In this document: positions 23,210 through 43,889 of the stretch, piece by piece
Layout: each line of letters begins with the position of its first letter
How positions within the stretch are numbered: the first letter of the stretch is position 1
Source: the human T2T-CHM13v2.0 reference genome, Homo sapiens
Direction: 5' to 3' (one strand)
DNA length: 64,000 nt
NCBI RefSeq assembly: GCF_009914755.1
Contig: NC_060939.1
Translations under genes and position numbers: made by a program
Notes under the pieces: model-generated
Databases searched by the model: none
Seen by the model: the letters and a program-made list of their open reading frames with translations, nothing else
What the model was told of the DNA's origin: nothing

Positions 23210-23507
23210 TGATCCGCCTGCCTTGGCCTCCCAAAGTGCTGGGATTACAGGCATTAGCCACTGCACCTGGCCTAGTTTTGATGTTTCTAAGGAGAGCTCA
23301 CTTTTGCAAAGATTAAAGTCATTAAAAATCTTTGAATTGAAAATTACAGATTTTTTTCAACCAAACTTACAAAATATTATTTACTATGAGAATATTCAGA
23401 TGTTGACTTGTTCCCTCCCCTTCAAATTACAAATGACTGTTAGGTTGTCCCCATGGCATAGATTGCTTTTCAGAGAATATTTTCCTTAGAGTCTGTCTGT
23501 GTTTTAG

Positions 23508-23636
<129 letters not shown>

Positions 23637-24279
23637 TAATTTTTTTGAAAATTTTATTCGAAAAAGTTAAGACATTTTATGAGTTATAACCCTTTTGAGG
23701 TAGTAAAAAATTGAAAATAGACCCTTTGTTTTAAATTAAATTTAATTTTTTTAATTGGCAAATAAGAATTGTACATATTCATGGGGTACATAATGATGTT
23801 TCAGTGCACATAATGATCAGATCAGGGTAAATGGCACATTCATCATCTCAAACACTTGTGTTGGGAGCCTTCCATATCCTTCTAGCTATTTGAAACTAAT
23901 ATGTTATGGTTAACTATATTAATCCTACAGTAGTATAGAACACTAGAATTTCATACATTCTTGCTTCATGAATGAACGTGTTCCTCCACCATGTAGATTA
24001 CCCTCGTTTTATTAATAGGATATTGAAAGTCCAAAACAACATTTTCAAATCTGGAAACTAACTGCTGTTTACATAATAATGAAATTCAGCACTGGTCCTT
24101 TGTCTGTTCCCTCTTCTGGCTGTGTCCAAATCATAGAAACAAAAGTCGAATTTGTAATGGAGCTTATCTATGGTAGCCAGAATACAAAACAGTTTATGAA
24201 TGCTTAAGTTCACAGAGTAGGGTTTAGCTACCTTCACTGAGCTCAAGTAACTGTAGTGATACTAAATTTAGATTATTGA

Positions 24280-24459
<180 letters not shown>

Positions 24460-25248
24460 TAAAATCTAGCAGAATGTCTAATAACTGCCATAATTTTGCC
24501 ATGGTGATGAATGTAAACAGTATTTTAAGATAGCTGCAACAACCTTAATGTGATATGGAAATATCTGTGATTTCTGTTGGTGACAGCATTGCTGATATAG
24601 CTAATATACTGGGGTTCGTTAACTACATTAATAAATGCTAATTTTCAGTTAGGAGTTGTGAAATTAGAAGCTGTGATTTTGTTTCACATCTAGTTTACAG
24701 ACCCCCTGTATTCTATGACAGACCCCTTGGGAGACTGAGGACCCCAGGTTAAAGACACTCTTTATAGAGCATTAGTACCCCCTCTTCTCACCCCGTGCCG
24801 TGTGTGCCCTCCCTGTCATCAAAATTATGTATATGGGCCAGGCATGGTGGCTCATGCCTGTAATCCCAACACTTTGGGAGGCCGAGGCAGGCAAATTGCT
24901 CGAGCTCAGGAGTTCGAGACCAGCCTGGGCAACATAGCAGAACCCCATCTCTACAAAAAATACAAAAATTTGCTGGGCGCCATGGCATGTGCCTGTAATC
25001 CTAGCTACCCAGGAGGCCAAGGTGGGAGGAGGAGCACCTGAGCCTGGGGAGACTTGAAGATACAGTGAGCTGAGATCATGCCACTACACTCCAGCCTGGG
25101 CAACAGAGTGAGCCCCTGTGTCAAAAAAAAAAAAAAAATTGTTTATACTTGTAATGCCAATAATAATTCAGGCATTTTTCTTCTAGACCAATTCATGTTT
25201 CTAAAAAATGTAAAAACTTAAAATTCTATGTTGATTCATGTTTTATAG

Positions 25249-25392
<144 letters not shown>

Positions 25393-25412
25393 TAATTCTT
25401 TCGACTGAGTGA

Positions 25413-25820
<408 letters not shown>

Positions 25821-26210
25821 TAACTGAGGACACTAGGGCTTAATGAGGTTAAGTGAGTTGACCAAGATCAACATTGGTAAATTGTGGAGTCACAATCTCA
25901 CACTGTATTCCAAACTTAAAGGCTTGATACTGAACAATCTCATTACTCACAGATAGACATCCTGCACTGTGCTACTTTTAGTTAACAGTTATCAAGTCTT
26001 CTCATCAATGATATCTTTGCTTGTGTGTATATATGATAAAGCATATGTATGTAGTTATATATTTATACATAGGTTTGGTATACTTTACCAGAGATACAAC
26101 ATTTGCGTGGGTTGTGATACCCTCTCCTGTTCTTCTTAATCTACTAATCTCTTATTTTAAGCTCATGTTAGCAATTCCAAATACCTTGTTCAACTTAAGC
26201 TATATGACTA

Positions 26211-26556
<346 letters not shown>

Positions 26557-26797
26557 TTAACATGTTGCTTTATGTTAGGACAGTTTAGCTCCTGGTGTTC
26601 CTTAGAAAATGCCATTTACGGCCGGGCATATTGGCTCACGCCTGTAATCCCCAGCACTTTGGGAGGCCGAGGTGGGTGGATCACCTGAGGTCAGGAGTTC
26701 AAGACCAGGTTGGCCAACATGGTGAAACCCCTGCCTCTACTAAAAATACAAAAAATTAGCCGGGCGTGGTGGTGCGCACCTGTAATCCTGCTACTCA

Positions 26798-26902
<105 letters not shown>

Positions 26903-27413
26903 TCAAAAAAAAAAAGAAAAAGAAAATGTCATTTACATGCAGATTGCCCTCTTTTGTCTACTTCCACCCAGTTTCAAGGAAGCACTACTCAGTTTCCCTG
27001 GTACAAAAAAATTCCTTCCCCTTTAGGTATCAGTCTGCTTTTCTTGGCCATTTCATGCCTTTTATTTATTTATTTTTTTAAGAGACTTGAAAAGTCCATA
27101 AAAAATAAGCTGTTATTACCAGTTGAAGATTCTGGCTGAGCCCTCAGAGGTTCCAACAGTTCCGTCTAATCAGCACAGCTAATAGCAGGCCGGCAATAGC
27201 AATTGGTTGATTATACTTTTTCTAAGGGAGTGACAAAATGGCTGAGGAGACGATATTTAAGTAAAAATTATAATTAAAACATTACAAGATCAAAAGTATA
27301 TTGTTCTCATAAAAGGGAATAATGTTAAGTATAAAACATAGGAGAGTGCTGAACTAACGTTTCAATGATGTGGCGAGCATAAACCATGAGTGCCTATTAA
27401 GCTTCTCTGCTAA

Positions 27414-27617
<204 letters not shown>

Positions 27618-27843
27618 AATCAGAGATTTTATTACTCATTTGGGGCACCATTTCAGTGTAAAAGCAGTCCTACTCTTCCACACTAGGAAGGCTTTACTTT
27701 TTTTAACTGGTGCAGTGGGAAAATAGGACATTACATACTGAATTGGGTCCTTGTCATTTCTGTCCAATTGAATACTTTATTGTAACGATGATGGTTACCC
27801 TTCATGGACGTCTTAATCTTCCACACACATCCCCTTTTTTTGG

Positions 27844-27877
27844 AATAAAATTTGGAAAATGGAAATGAAGGAATAAA
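27844..27877 (+). terminator. PSMA4: PSMA4 tandem poly(A) signals
   Basis: AATAAA at 27844-27849 and 27872-27877, about 230-260 nt after the stop. Confidence 0.75.
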
Positions 27878-28274
27878 TTCTCTGTAGCAGTAATTGTTAA
27901 ATATACAAAAACTGACAGGGCGATTACTTTTTGCACATTGTGGCTTACAGTCCTTTCACAAAGATGGGCACGTTCCTCAGGCTGGCCAGATTATTCGTCT
28001 CTGTCTGCAGGAATTGGTTTGAGAATGAACACGTGAGCTGAACAAAGCCAGAATTGATGTGTGGGTGTGGATCTCGCAGCTAGGACTGAGGCTGCCCACA
28101 GGCAGCAGCTCAAGCTGCGCGGAAGATGAGGTGTAGAAGTTAAGGCCACAGAGGAAAAGTGGAACCAAGAGATGAGAACAGTTACGTGTTGGCTGAAGGG
28201 AGCTCTGTTGCTGGGGTTTGTTCAACCTGAGTTCCCTTGGCTATCTGTGGCTTCATGACAGAAGTGATACAGGG

Positions 28275-28580
28275 CAGTGGTACTTAATGCGTAGCCATGG
28301 TGCTTTAGCATCACCTATGCAGATTCTGATGTCCCATCCCAGATCTACTGAATTAAAATCTCTGAGGGTGAAACCCAGTAATCTGTTCTAACAAGCTCTG
28401 CATGTGATTCTTAGGAATGCTAAGTAAAACTTTAAGAAGTTTTTGTTGCATATTAGAATCACCTAGGAAGCTTTTGCAGCTTGTAAGCATGCTGTATCGA
28501 TTAACTCAAGCTCTGTGGTGGAACCCAGATATTAACATTGCTTAAACTCTTCAGGTGATTTCCATCAGCCAGGGTGAGTG
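28275..28580. mobile_element. MER5-family MITE fragments
   Basis: gcatcacc..atgcagattctga..cccagatctactgaat..aacaagctc..gtgattct. Confidence 0.65.
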
Positions 28581-28759
28581 CATTGAGCCATCATTTACCC
28601 TTCTCTCAGCTGTTGTCAATCAAATATGTGCTCCCAGTCTAATTTCTCATTGTAGATTTTCTTAATGCAGCTCCCTGCAGTTTTCTGTATAGGCTAAAGT
28701 ATTTCCAAGCCCTATTTGCAGCACTTTTTTGAACTTCTAAATTATTCTCTTACTCTGTA

Positions 28760-29625
28760 CAGCAGGTTCTCGTTATTTTTGGTAGTTATGTTCTAAAGTC
28801 ACCACAAAAACTAACAAAATACTGAACTCTTGCACCTAGAGAAAGTACTGGGTTAGGGTCCTACAAGCCACTGGTCACATTTTTATCAACTGATCAGTAC
28901 ATAACCTGTTTTTTGTGTATTTCTACTTAAAGACACCTTTTTAAATGTGTATTGTGGATTCATTAACATAGAACTCAGCCAACAGCTCTTTACGTGAATG
29001 TTTTTGTTTTGTTTTGTTTTTTGAGACTGGGTCTTGCTCTGTCACCCAGGCTGGAGTGCAGTGGCGTGATCATATTTCACTGCAGGCTCAAACGGTCTTC
29101 CTGCCTTGACCTCCCAAAGTGTTGACATCACAGCCCTCTTATGCTTAGGAACAACACTAAACAGTGTTTTTTTTCATACAGACGGTGAGCAGGGAAGGTC
29201 TCACCATGTTTCCCATGCCGGTCTCAAGCTCCTGGACTCAAGCGATCCTCCTGCCTCAGCCTCCCAAAGTGCTGACATCACAGCCCTCTTGTGCTTAGGA
29301 ACATTAAACAGCACTTCAGCACTATACCTGGGTGCCATTTGAAATAGTAAAATCACTAAGAAAAATGCAAAAATAAACGGCACAAGGTAGACTGCAGGAA
29401 CACTTACACGGTGTGAGAGCTGAAACAAGAATTCAGAGTGTCGCCTTGCTCAACCTCAGATGGGAACATGTGCACCTGGGTACTCAAAATTTTCACCACT
29501 CTGCATGTCAACAAATGACTAAAAGTACCACAAGTATTGGTTTGGGGGTTACATGTACATTTTATGAGAATGCAAATGTTGCAAATTCACAAGTACAGAA
29601 TCAGCAAGTAGTGAAGATGAATGGC
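28760..29625 (-). mobile_element. MER82-like Tigger element interrupted by Alu fragments
   Basis: Minus strand reads ...gtaacccccaaaccaatacttgtggtacttttagtcatttg...ctgaggttgagcaaggcgacactctg. Confidence 0.7.
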
Positions 29626-32544
29626 ACGTCTTCACCCTCCAGTCTTGCTACACCCAGAGGTTGAGGTAGTCAATAAATCTTATTAACTCTGTCTGCAGAA
29701 TTTACCCATAATCCAGCCACTTTCCACTGCAGGAACGCTGGTCCAATTCACCATTATCTCTGACTTGGACTATTGCAACAGCCTCCTAACTGGTTCCTTG
29801 CCTCCACTTCATTCCCCACAGTCAATTCTCCAGCAGCAGCCACAGTGATCCTTTCAAAATGTAAACGGTACTACTGCACAGTTTTGGCTCAAAACTCTCC
29901 AATGGCTTCCCATCTTGCTCAGTAAGAGTCAAATTCTTTGTACTGGTTCATGAGGTATCCTGTATTCTGGCCTTGTGCTACCTTCCATGTGCTTCCTTCC
30001 TCACTCATTCATCCAAATGAGCCTTCTCATCATTCCCTGAATGTGCCAAGCTCCCCTCACATCACTTGCCAATCCCTCTGCCTTGGGAATGCTCTTCCTG
30101 GGTATCTATTGCCCACTCCCTCATCTCCAGGTCTCTGCTTGCATGTCACCTTTTTTGGGGTACTTCTGTGAAGGAGCAATCTCTTTCCCCTGCACACTCA
30201 CATTTTCTATTCCCTATACATACCCTGTTGAGTTTTTCTCCATAGCACTCATCACCAGCTGGCATATTTGTTTCTTGTCTCTCCCCACTGGAATACAGAC
30301 TTCCAGAGCAGTACTTTGTTTTCATTCAATAGTCGTGTCTCGGTACCTAGAACAGAAACTGGCACGTGTTAGGCAACAAATAAGTACTGATGAATGAATA
30401 AATACCCTGGATATGCTGGTGTGAAATCCTAAAAAATACCTGCTTTCCATCCAGATCAGTAGCACTGGTGGATTTTCTGTATCCTGACTACCCCTTCAAC
30501 ATTTGCCTAAAGCTAGGACAACTTCTTCAAAGGCAATAGTGAATAAGAGAGCCTGGTATAGTTTGCCGCCACATTAGGAAAGTCTTCAGAATTTGACCCT
30601 AACAGCAGGCAAATTTCAACGTATTCATCTTTTTGTTGAAATAAATTCATACTGTGAGGAAAAGCAAAAGATAGGAGGTGAGGCAAAGGCTACTCTTTAA
30701 CTGTGAGTTTTTTTTCCCTGCGATGGGGTTTGGCTGCCTAGTCTAGATTCTCACGCTAGCCCCACTTTCGTCTGCTCTGTGGCATATTTTTAACCTGAGT
30801 TGCAGGACAGGTGGTTTCCAGAGTGTTGCCTGATGCATCCCAAATGCTGCCTTAGCAATACACATCTGAACAGGGGCCCATCACTAATAGCAAGCATTTC
30901 ATTAATCTGAGCAAAACTCATGGGTTTTCACAGGGACCCTACCAGCTCAGAAGCACGTTGATATAAATAAGTAGAAAACCAAAGACAGCTAAATTTTAAA
31001 TCTTGAGTCAAAACTTTAAAATCAAAGTCAAATTGATTTCATTTTGGTGAGCTTTCAAATCATGCTTTTAAAAATAAATTATGTAAAAAAATCATGTACT
31101 CCTGTGTATAATTTTACTTCTGGTGTTTTTTCTTAATCAGAAAATAAAGGAAGACTCTGGAATTTGTACAGTCTAGCACTTTGAAAGTTCCATGAGAATA
31201 TTTGTTTTAGCAGTGCAAAAATATTCCATACTCTGAAAAACAAAACCAGAAAGTTGATTCATTCCTTTATTGGACACTTACCATGTTCCTGATAATTTTA
31301 GGTGGTGGGGATATATGGATAAGACACGTCCTCGGCTCTTAACTTGCAGCCTTGCAGGAAAAGCAGATAATCAACAACAATATTGTGGAGGAGCGCTAGA
31401 CTCCAGGTAGCTGTGTGCCGAAGAGTAGGGAGTAAAGGCAGAAGGAACTGCACGTGCAAAGGCTTGGCAATGGGAAAGCTTCACAGTAGCTAAGCAGAGC
31501 TAGAGCACAGCTTGCTGGGGAAATAAGAGAGAAGGTTGGAAATGTGCACTAGGATGAGAAGACAGCTTTGCAAGTCTTGAAGTTTGTGCTCTATGCAATG
31601 CAGAGGCAGCTGAGATTTTTTAGTGAATGAGAAAAACAATTACTCTGACTTGTTTAGAACAATGATTCTGGGAGCCCAGAAGATGGACTAGGTGGGAAGA
31701 GACAGAGTGAGTTAGGAGGCTACTGAAATAGGCAAGGAAGGATGAGGGTGTAAGACTGTAGTAAAGTGAACAGAGAGGAAGGGAAGCTGCCGCGGAATGA
31801 CGGAGGACAGAGAAAGAGGAAGGGATGACAAGGGCATCAAATTCAAGTAGTCACAATCTGATCTAAAAGAGCACTCGGTGAACATGATGAACTACTCTTA
31901 AAATTTCCTAATGTCTTTTTTGTTACTATTGTTATAACCTGAAACCAATTAGAGTTAATATCCCTAGTAGGGAAGAATTCTGTAAACAACATTGTATATC
32001 ACACGTCGGAGTAAACCCATGTCAAATGCTTTTTTCCCCTTCTTCTTCCAGGTATTATTCATTTGTATTCTTGCATGCACTGTCTGATCATCTTTTTTGC
32101 CCAATTTCTATCAGATAATTTAACTTTCTATAAATTCATTTATGAGCTCTTTTAAAGATAGTTCTTTGTCATCTGTGTTACCTTTTTTTTTCATTGTAGC
32201 ATTTGCATTTTTATTTTGATTTTGATGCTGATGTACCGAAGGGTTGTTTTGTGTTTACGTAGACAAAGCTATCATTTAAAGTTCTTGTTAGTACAATGCA
32301 CATAAAAATATTCCCCATGCCAAAGTACATCAACATTATTCTAGTAAATTTGTGGCTCAATCATCTTTATAATACACAATTTGCAAAATATAATTGTTAA
32401 TCTCTTTTTAAAAGCAGTATTTAAATTAATCATGAAACTTTAATTCAATTGTTCAGACTACTTGGGAATTTTCCATTCTTGAGTGAATTCAGAATTACGT
32501 GAAATGATAGTTATTTACCTTTCTCCATTTATTTTTGTTATTTT

Positions 32545-33110
32545 TTGGTAACAGCCTTACTGAGATACAGTTCACATACCATACAATTCACCCATTTAAA
32601 ACATACTTTTCAATGGCTTTCTGTATACTCCCAGGGTTGTGCGACCATCACCACAATTGATTTAGAACATCTTCATCACCCCAAAAATAAAACTCCACAC
32701 GCTTCTTAGACATCACCCCCAAATCACTGCCCAGTCCTAGGCAACCACTCATCTACTTACTGTCTCTATGGATTTGCCTATTATGGACATTTCCTGTAAA
32801 TGGAATCATACAATATGTGATCCTTTGTGTCTGGCTTCTTTCACTTAGCGTAATGTTTACAAGGTTTATCTATGTGGTAGTGTGCATCAGTAATTTCTTT
32901 ACTAGATTAGAGAAAAAAAGCAGAGATTTATTATTTTTCTTCCATTGTATGGTTATACTACATTTTGTTTACTCATTGGCAAAAATATGAGTTATTTCTA
33001 CTCTTAAGAATAATGCTGCTGTGAACACCCAGGTACAAGTTTTTTGTGTGGACATACGTTTTCATTTATTTTGAGTATACACCTTGAAGTAGAATTTTTG
33101 GCTTATTTTA
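32545..33110 (-). mobile_element. L1MB-like 3' end fragment
   Basis: ctgagatacagttcacataccatacaattcacccatttaaa...ggaatcatacaatatgtg. Confidence 0.8.
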
Positions 33111-33634
33111 AAATCCATCTTTATGCCATACATTAACATTAGTGATATGGATTTTTAAAAGAATCTACTTTGCCCTATTTTCTCCTATAAGAACCCAATA
33201 GAAATGGGAAATGGGTTGACTGTTTGAGTAAATGTATATGAATCTGTTAGTTATAGAAGTAGGTCTCACAGTTGGAGAGGATTTTCACTTCCTTTCATCT
33301 TGGCAGGAAGAATGTTTTCTCTAAGTTTCTTTATACTTAACTTTATACTCTCTAGTGAGAGGCCAAGTCTTTGATTCTGTACCTAAGAGCCTTATGTAAT
33401 AACCTTCTCTGAAATATTAGGAATCACATGGAATGGGAGAATCCAGGGTAAACTGTCTTCTGATTCCTAAACAATCTAATAACTTACTTTTTCTGATTAG
33501 GAAAGCAATGCATGATCACTTTGAAAAATACACAGTGAATAAAATAAAAATCACCCATAATATCTTGCCCAGAGTTAGCCACTATTAACTTGTCTCAGTG
33601 GCCCAGTTTAGATGCTGAACGAGCATACTGGTAA

Positions 33635-37442
<3,808 letters not shown>

Positions 37443-38978
37443 TTTGTTTACTTGTTTATTGTTTGCATTCCTTCCCAAGGCAGTACTTTCCAAGAATTCA
37501 GGGACATTAACTATCATGTTCACTGCATCATTCCTAGAATTTGGTGTATACGTGAGTTGTTTCTTAAATATTTGTTGAACGAATGAATGAATAGCTGGGA
37601 GTGACAGCAAAGATTCAAACTCATGTTTATCTGACTCCACAAATCAAAGGCTGTGCGATTCCCAATATGCCAAGAGCTCTCTGTATTTCCCAATCTGTTA
37701 TCCCATAAAGCATTGAAAAGATCATGTGTGTGTTAGAAACACAAGCAGTTTCAATTCTGGTTCACCAATGACTGAGAAGATCAGATACAATCAAGGATCA
37801 AAATACCCTTTTCCATACAGGTGACTTGAAGTATTCTTCAGTTTTCAAAAAATTTAAAACACCTAAAATTAATCAGCCATGTTCTAGAAGAGCAAGGAAA
37901 GATTGTGTCTTGTGTGAGACAGCTGTGGAACTGGAAATTACCAAACAATTTCCAATTTTAAGAGATTTGGATCAGGTGGCTTAGAATTAGATTAAAGACA
38001 ATCAATTCCCTGAAACAATCAATGCCATACATAATCTTCCGAAGGAGCTTTTTCTATTGCTGAGAGGTTGCTCATCTGGTCTTGTTTCTTATCCCTATAG
38101 AAACCTTGATGTCAATTAGTATTCCACGGGAAATGAAGCTAGATGAGAAAGTGAACCCTTGCTAAATAAATTAGAAGAGATGATAATTAAAGCAGAGATT
38201 CCAAACCATATCAGAGAAGCAGCTCTATCTTCATTTTACCATTACTTCCCTAAAAGCAATATATGGCAGTTTACAAATTACACATGGAAATGAAATATAT
38301 TTAATTTTGGATTTTTTTGTGCTTTTGAGAATCAGAATTTTATAATATCTCTTGACTGAAGGGGAATTAATCTGGGAACCAATAATTTGGCAATCAATAC
38401 ATTAAATTCTAAGATGGCAGTTCTCCTGGTCTATAGCCACAAATATCTGGAACATTTGTGGTCTAAACCTGCAGTATAAATTGTACTTTGGATTCACTTC
38501 TGGTATACATAGCAGTGTCTATAAATACCTCTCATGTCCAGAATAGAAAGCCTGAGGGAGAGATAGAGGCTAGATATTTGATATTAGAAAAATATTCCAA
38601 TTCTACCTTTTGCACAGAATTGAATATTTGTAATTGTATCTTGTAGATATCAAATTAAAAGCATAAGTTTCATTTTAACATTTATAATAGTATATCATCT
38701 ATGGAGAACAGACAATACATATTTATATTACACACATTTATATGTTCCTAATAAGGTGTCTTTATTTAGTAGACAAATGTTGAACTTTTGCATATTAAAA
38801 ATTATTACTCAAGGACTTTATGGAAATTCATATTTGTCTTAAAAAGAAAAATTATTTTATAACGTAATTCATCACTCCCAGATTTAAAAGCTTTCAACAT
38901 TTAGGGGACATGGGATATTGTATTGCACTTTCTTAAAATAAAAAACAGTATCTTCATTTTTAACAAGAATGTTTTGTA

Positions 38979-42032
<3,054 letters not shown>

Positions 42033-43889
42033 GACATAGCCTCTAGGCTGAGAAATCCACTATCTAGTAGAGAACATAATTATGGAGAAATAGATAAAGA
42101 GAAGGCAGGTGGCATTTGAAATGAGCCTTGAAGAAAGCGTGGGTTTGGATATTCAGAAGAGGGGAGAAGGAAGGATAAATGAAGACAGGAAAGTGTAATA
42201 AAAATTCCACAATCTTCAGAGGAAAAGGTGGTGTCTGGGATGCAAGAACTGTGTAATAGTCCCTTTGGCTAAGTCTCAGAAAGTTGGTAGATAGATGCCA
42301 CTTTAGGGGAACTTTGTAGGTGGTGGCTGCAGCAACAGCAGCAATTTTCATTGTCATTTGGTCAGCTAATGTCTCCTAGCAGTGTGAAGATGCCTGTTAT
42401 CAGAGTCAGGTGTAGCACCATATCCAGCAACCATGAGTAATTGGCGTATCCCCCTGGAAAAACCATGTAAGATGTAGACATTATATTCTGATTATTTGTT
42501 TGGATTTTAAAATGCCCAACAAATGTCACGCTTTGCCTTTCACTTAATAGCAACAATTAATAGTGTTTTTCATAGATTATGTAAATAACCATCATTCTCA
42601 TGATTATTGATATAACATCTAGGAGTTCCAATTATACTTGCAGTGGCTGCACTGACAACCATTTCATTCTAGTTTTGCCACTGACAGGTACTGTGACCTT
42701 CAGCAGTTATTCAACTCCTCTGTTTCAAATCAGTTAGCTGTAAAAGCAGAATAACATTTTAAAGTCATCCAAACACTGTTAGGATGAATTGCATAAGTGC
42801 CTGTAAGTCCCATAAATTCTTCAGAGTAAAATGTAAATTTGCAGTGAAAGGATGATAGGTACTGTCTTTCATTTCTGTGCAGAAGTGCAATTAATTACTA
42901 ATCTGGTTAACATCTTGTGCATCCCTTTTCTGTGGCCCCTTTGTTTAAGTCCTGTTTAAACAGATTGGCTCCATTGGATGTAATTTACATTTTTCCAGCT
43001 GTATTTGGACCTAAGAAGAGCATCTTCACTGAATTTTGCTGTTTAGATTCTTTGCAACCAGGTTTAGTTTTTCACAGATTTACTAGTCTGGAGGGTGGAG
43101 TGAAATTTTTGCTCACAATGAGTCTTAGAGGTGTCACCTCCATAAAGCGTTCTGTGAAGAGTCAGCGGCTCCCTCTGCCACTGAAGTTTAAAGATAATTC
43201 GCCTGAATCCCTTCAGCCAAATGAAGCTTTCTAATTATGGACAGAGAGGATGAAATATAGGGTCTGGAGGGATTTGAGACGGGTTTCCAGCAGTCGGCAC
43301 CAATCTCCACCAGAGGTGCTAAGTGTCTGTAGCAGATAGTCACTAATATTTACAAATGTTAATTGATGACAACACGGAGGGCGATGCCCACGTTTGAGGC
43401 GACTGCATATCATTTCCGGGGATGGCTTGAGTGAGTGTCAGAGCTGTACCTTCCCGAGTCCTCTAGTTTATCTGCCTCGGTTCCTCGCTTCCAGACGAGG
43501 AAACAGGCCCAGAGAGGAAAGTGACTTGCCCAGGGTTGTCTCGCTGGTCCACAACACAGGTCTCCTGGTGGGGACCCCTTGGCTGACACGACAGCCCCAG
43601 GAGGCAGTCAAGCTGCGACTGGTACTTCCTGGTGAGAAAGACTTGAGTGGGCAGCGGGGCCCATGGAGAGCGCTGCAGCCTGGAGCAAGTCCCCCACCAC
43701 TGTGATTCTGCCCCAGCCTCCAGCTTGTTTCTTTCTGATCACAACTCGGAATTACTTTATTTACATTTTCTATCAGCTGGGAGCAATCTGTCCCTCTGCT
43801 TCCCCTTTTGGTGCTGAGCACAGAGCAGACATCAATGAATAGCTGTTATCTTAAGGTGTGCAGTGACTAGGCCAAGGACATCCGGTGGT

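Noticed and set aside
37821-37975. Plus-strand acceptor...donor segment with an open frame (DLKYSSVFKKFK...RDLDQ)
   Set aside because: Isolated, with a weak donor (gtggct). Kept as a caution that chance exon-like units occur here on both strands.
42917-43234. 105-aa plus-strand ORF
   Set aside because: Non-ATG start and no splice context; it is the mirror frame of the minus-strand candidate exon.
43307-43320. CTCF-like CCACCAGAGGTGCT
   Set aside because: Mismatches in the GGC core; cannot be supported without a PWM scan or ChIP data.
43788-43817. REST/RE1 half-sites CTGTCC...GGTGCTGA upstream of CHRNA5
   Set aside because: The 16-nt gap fits neither canonical nor common non-canonical spacing.
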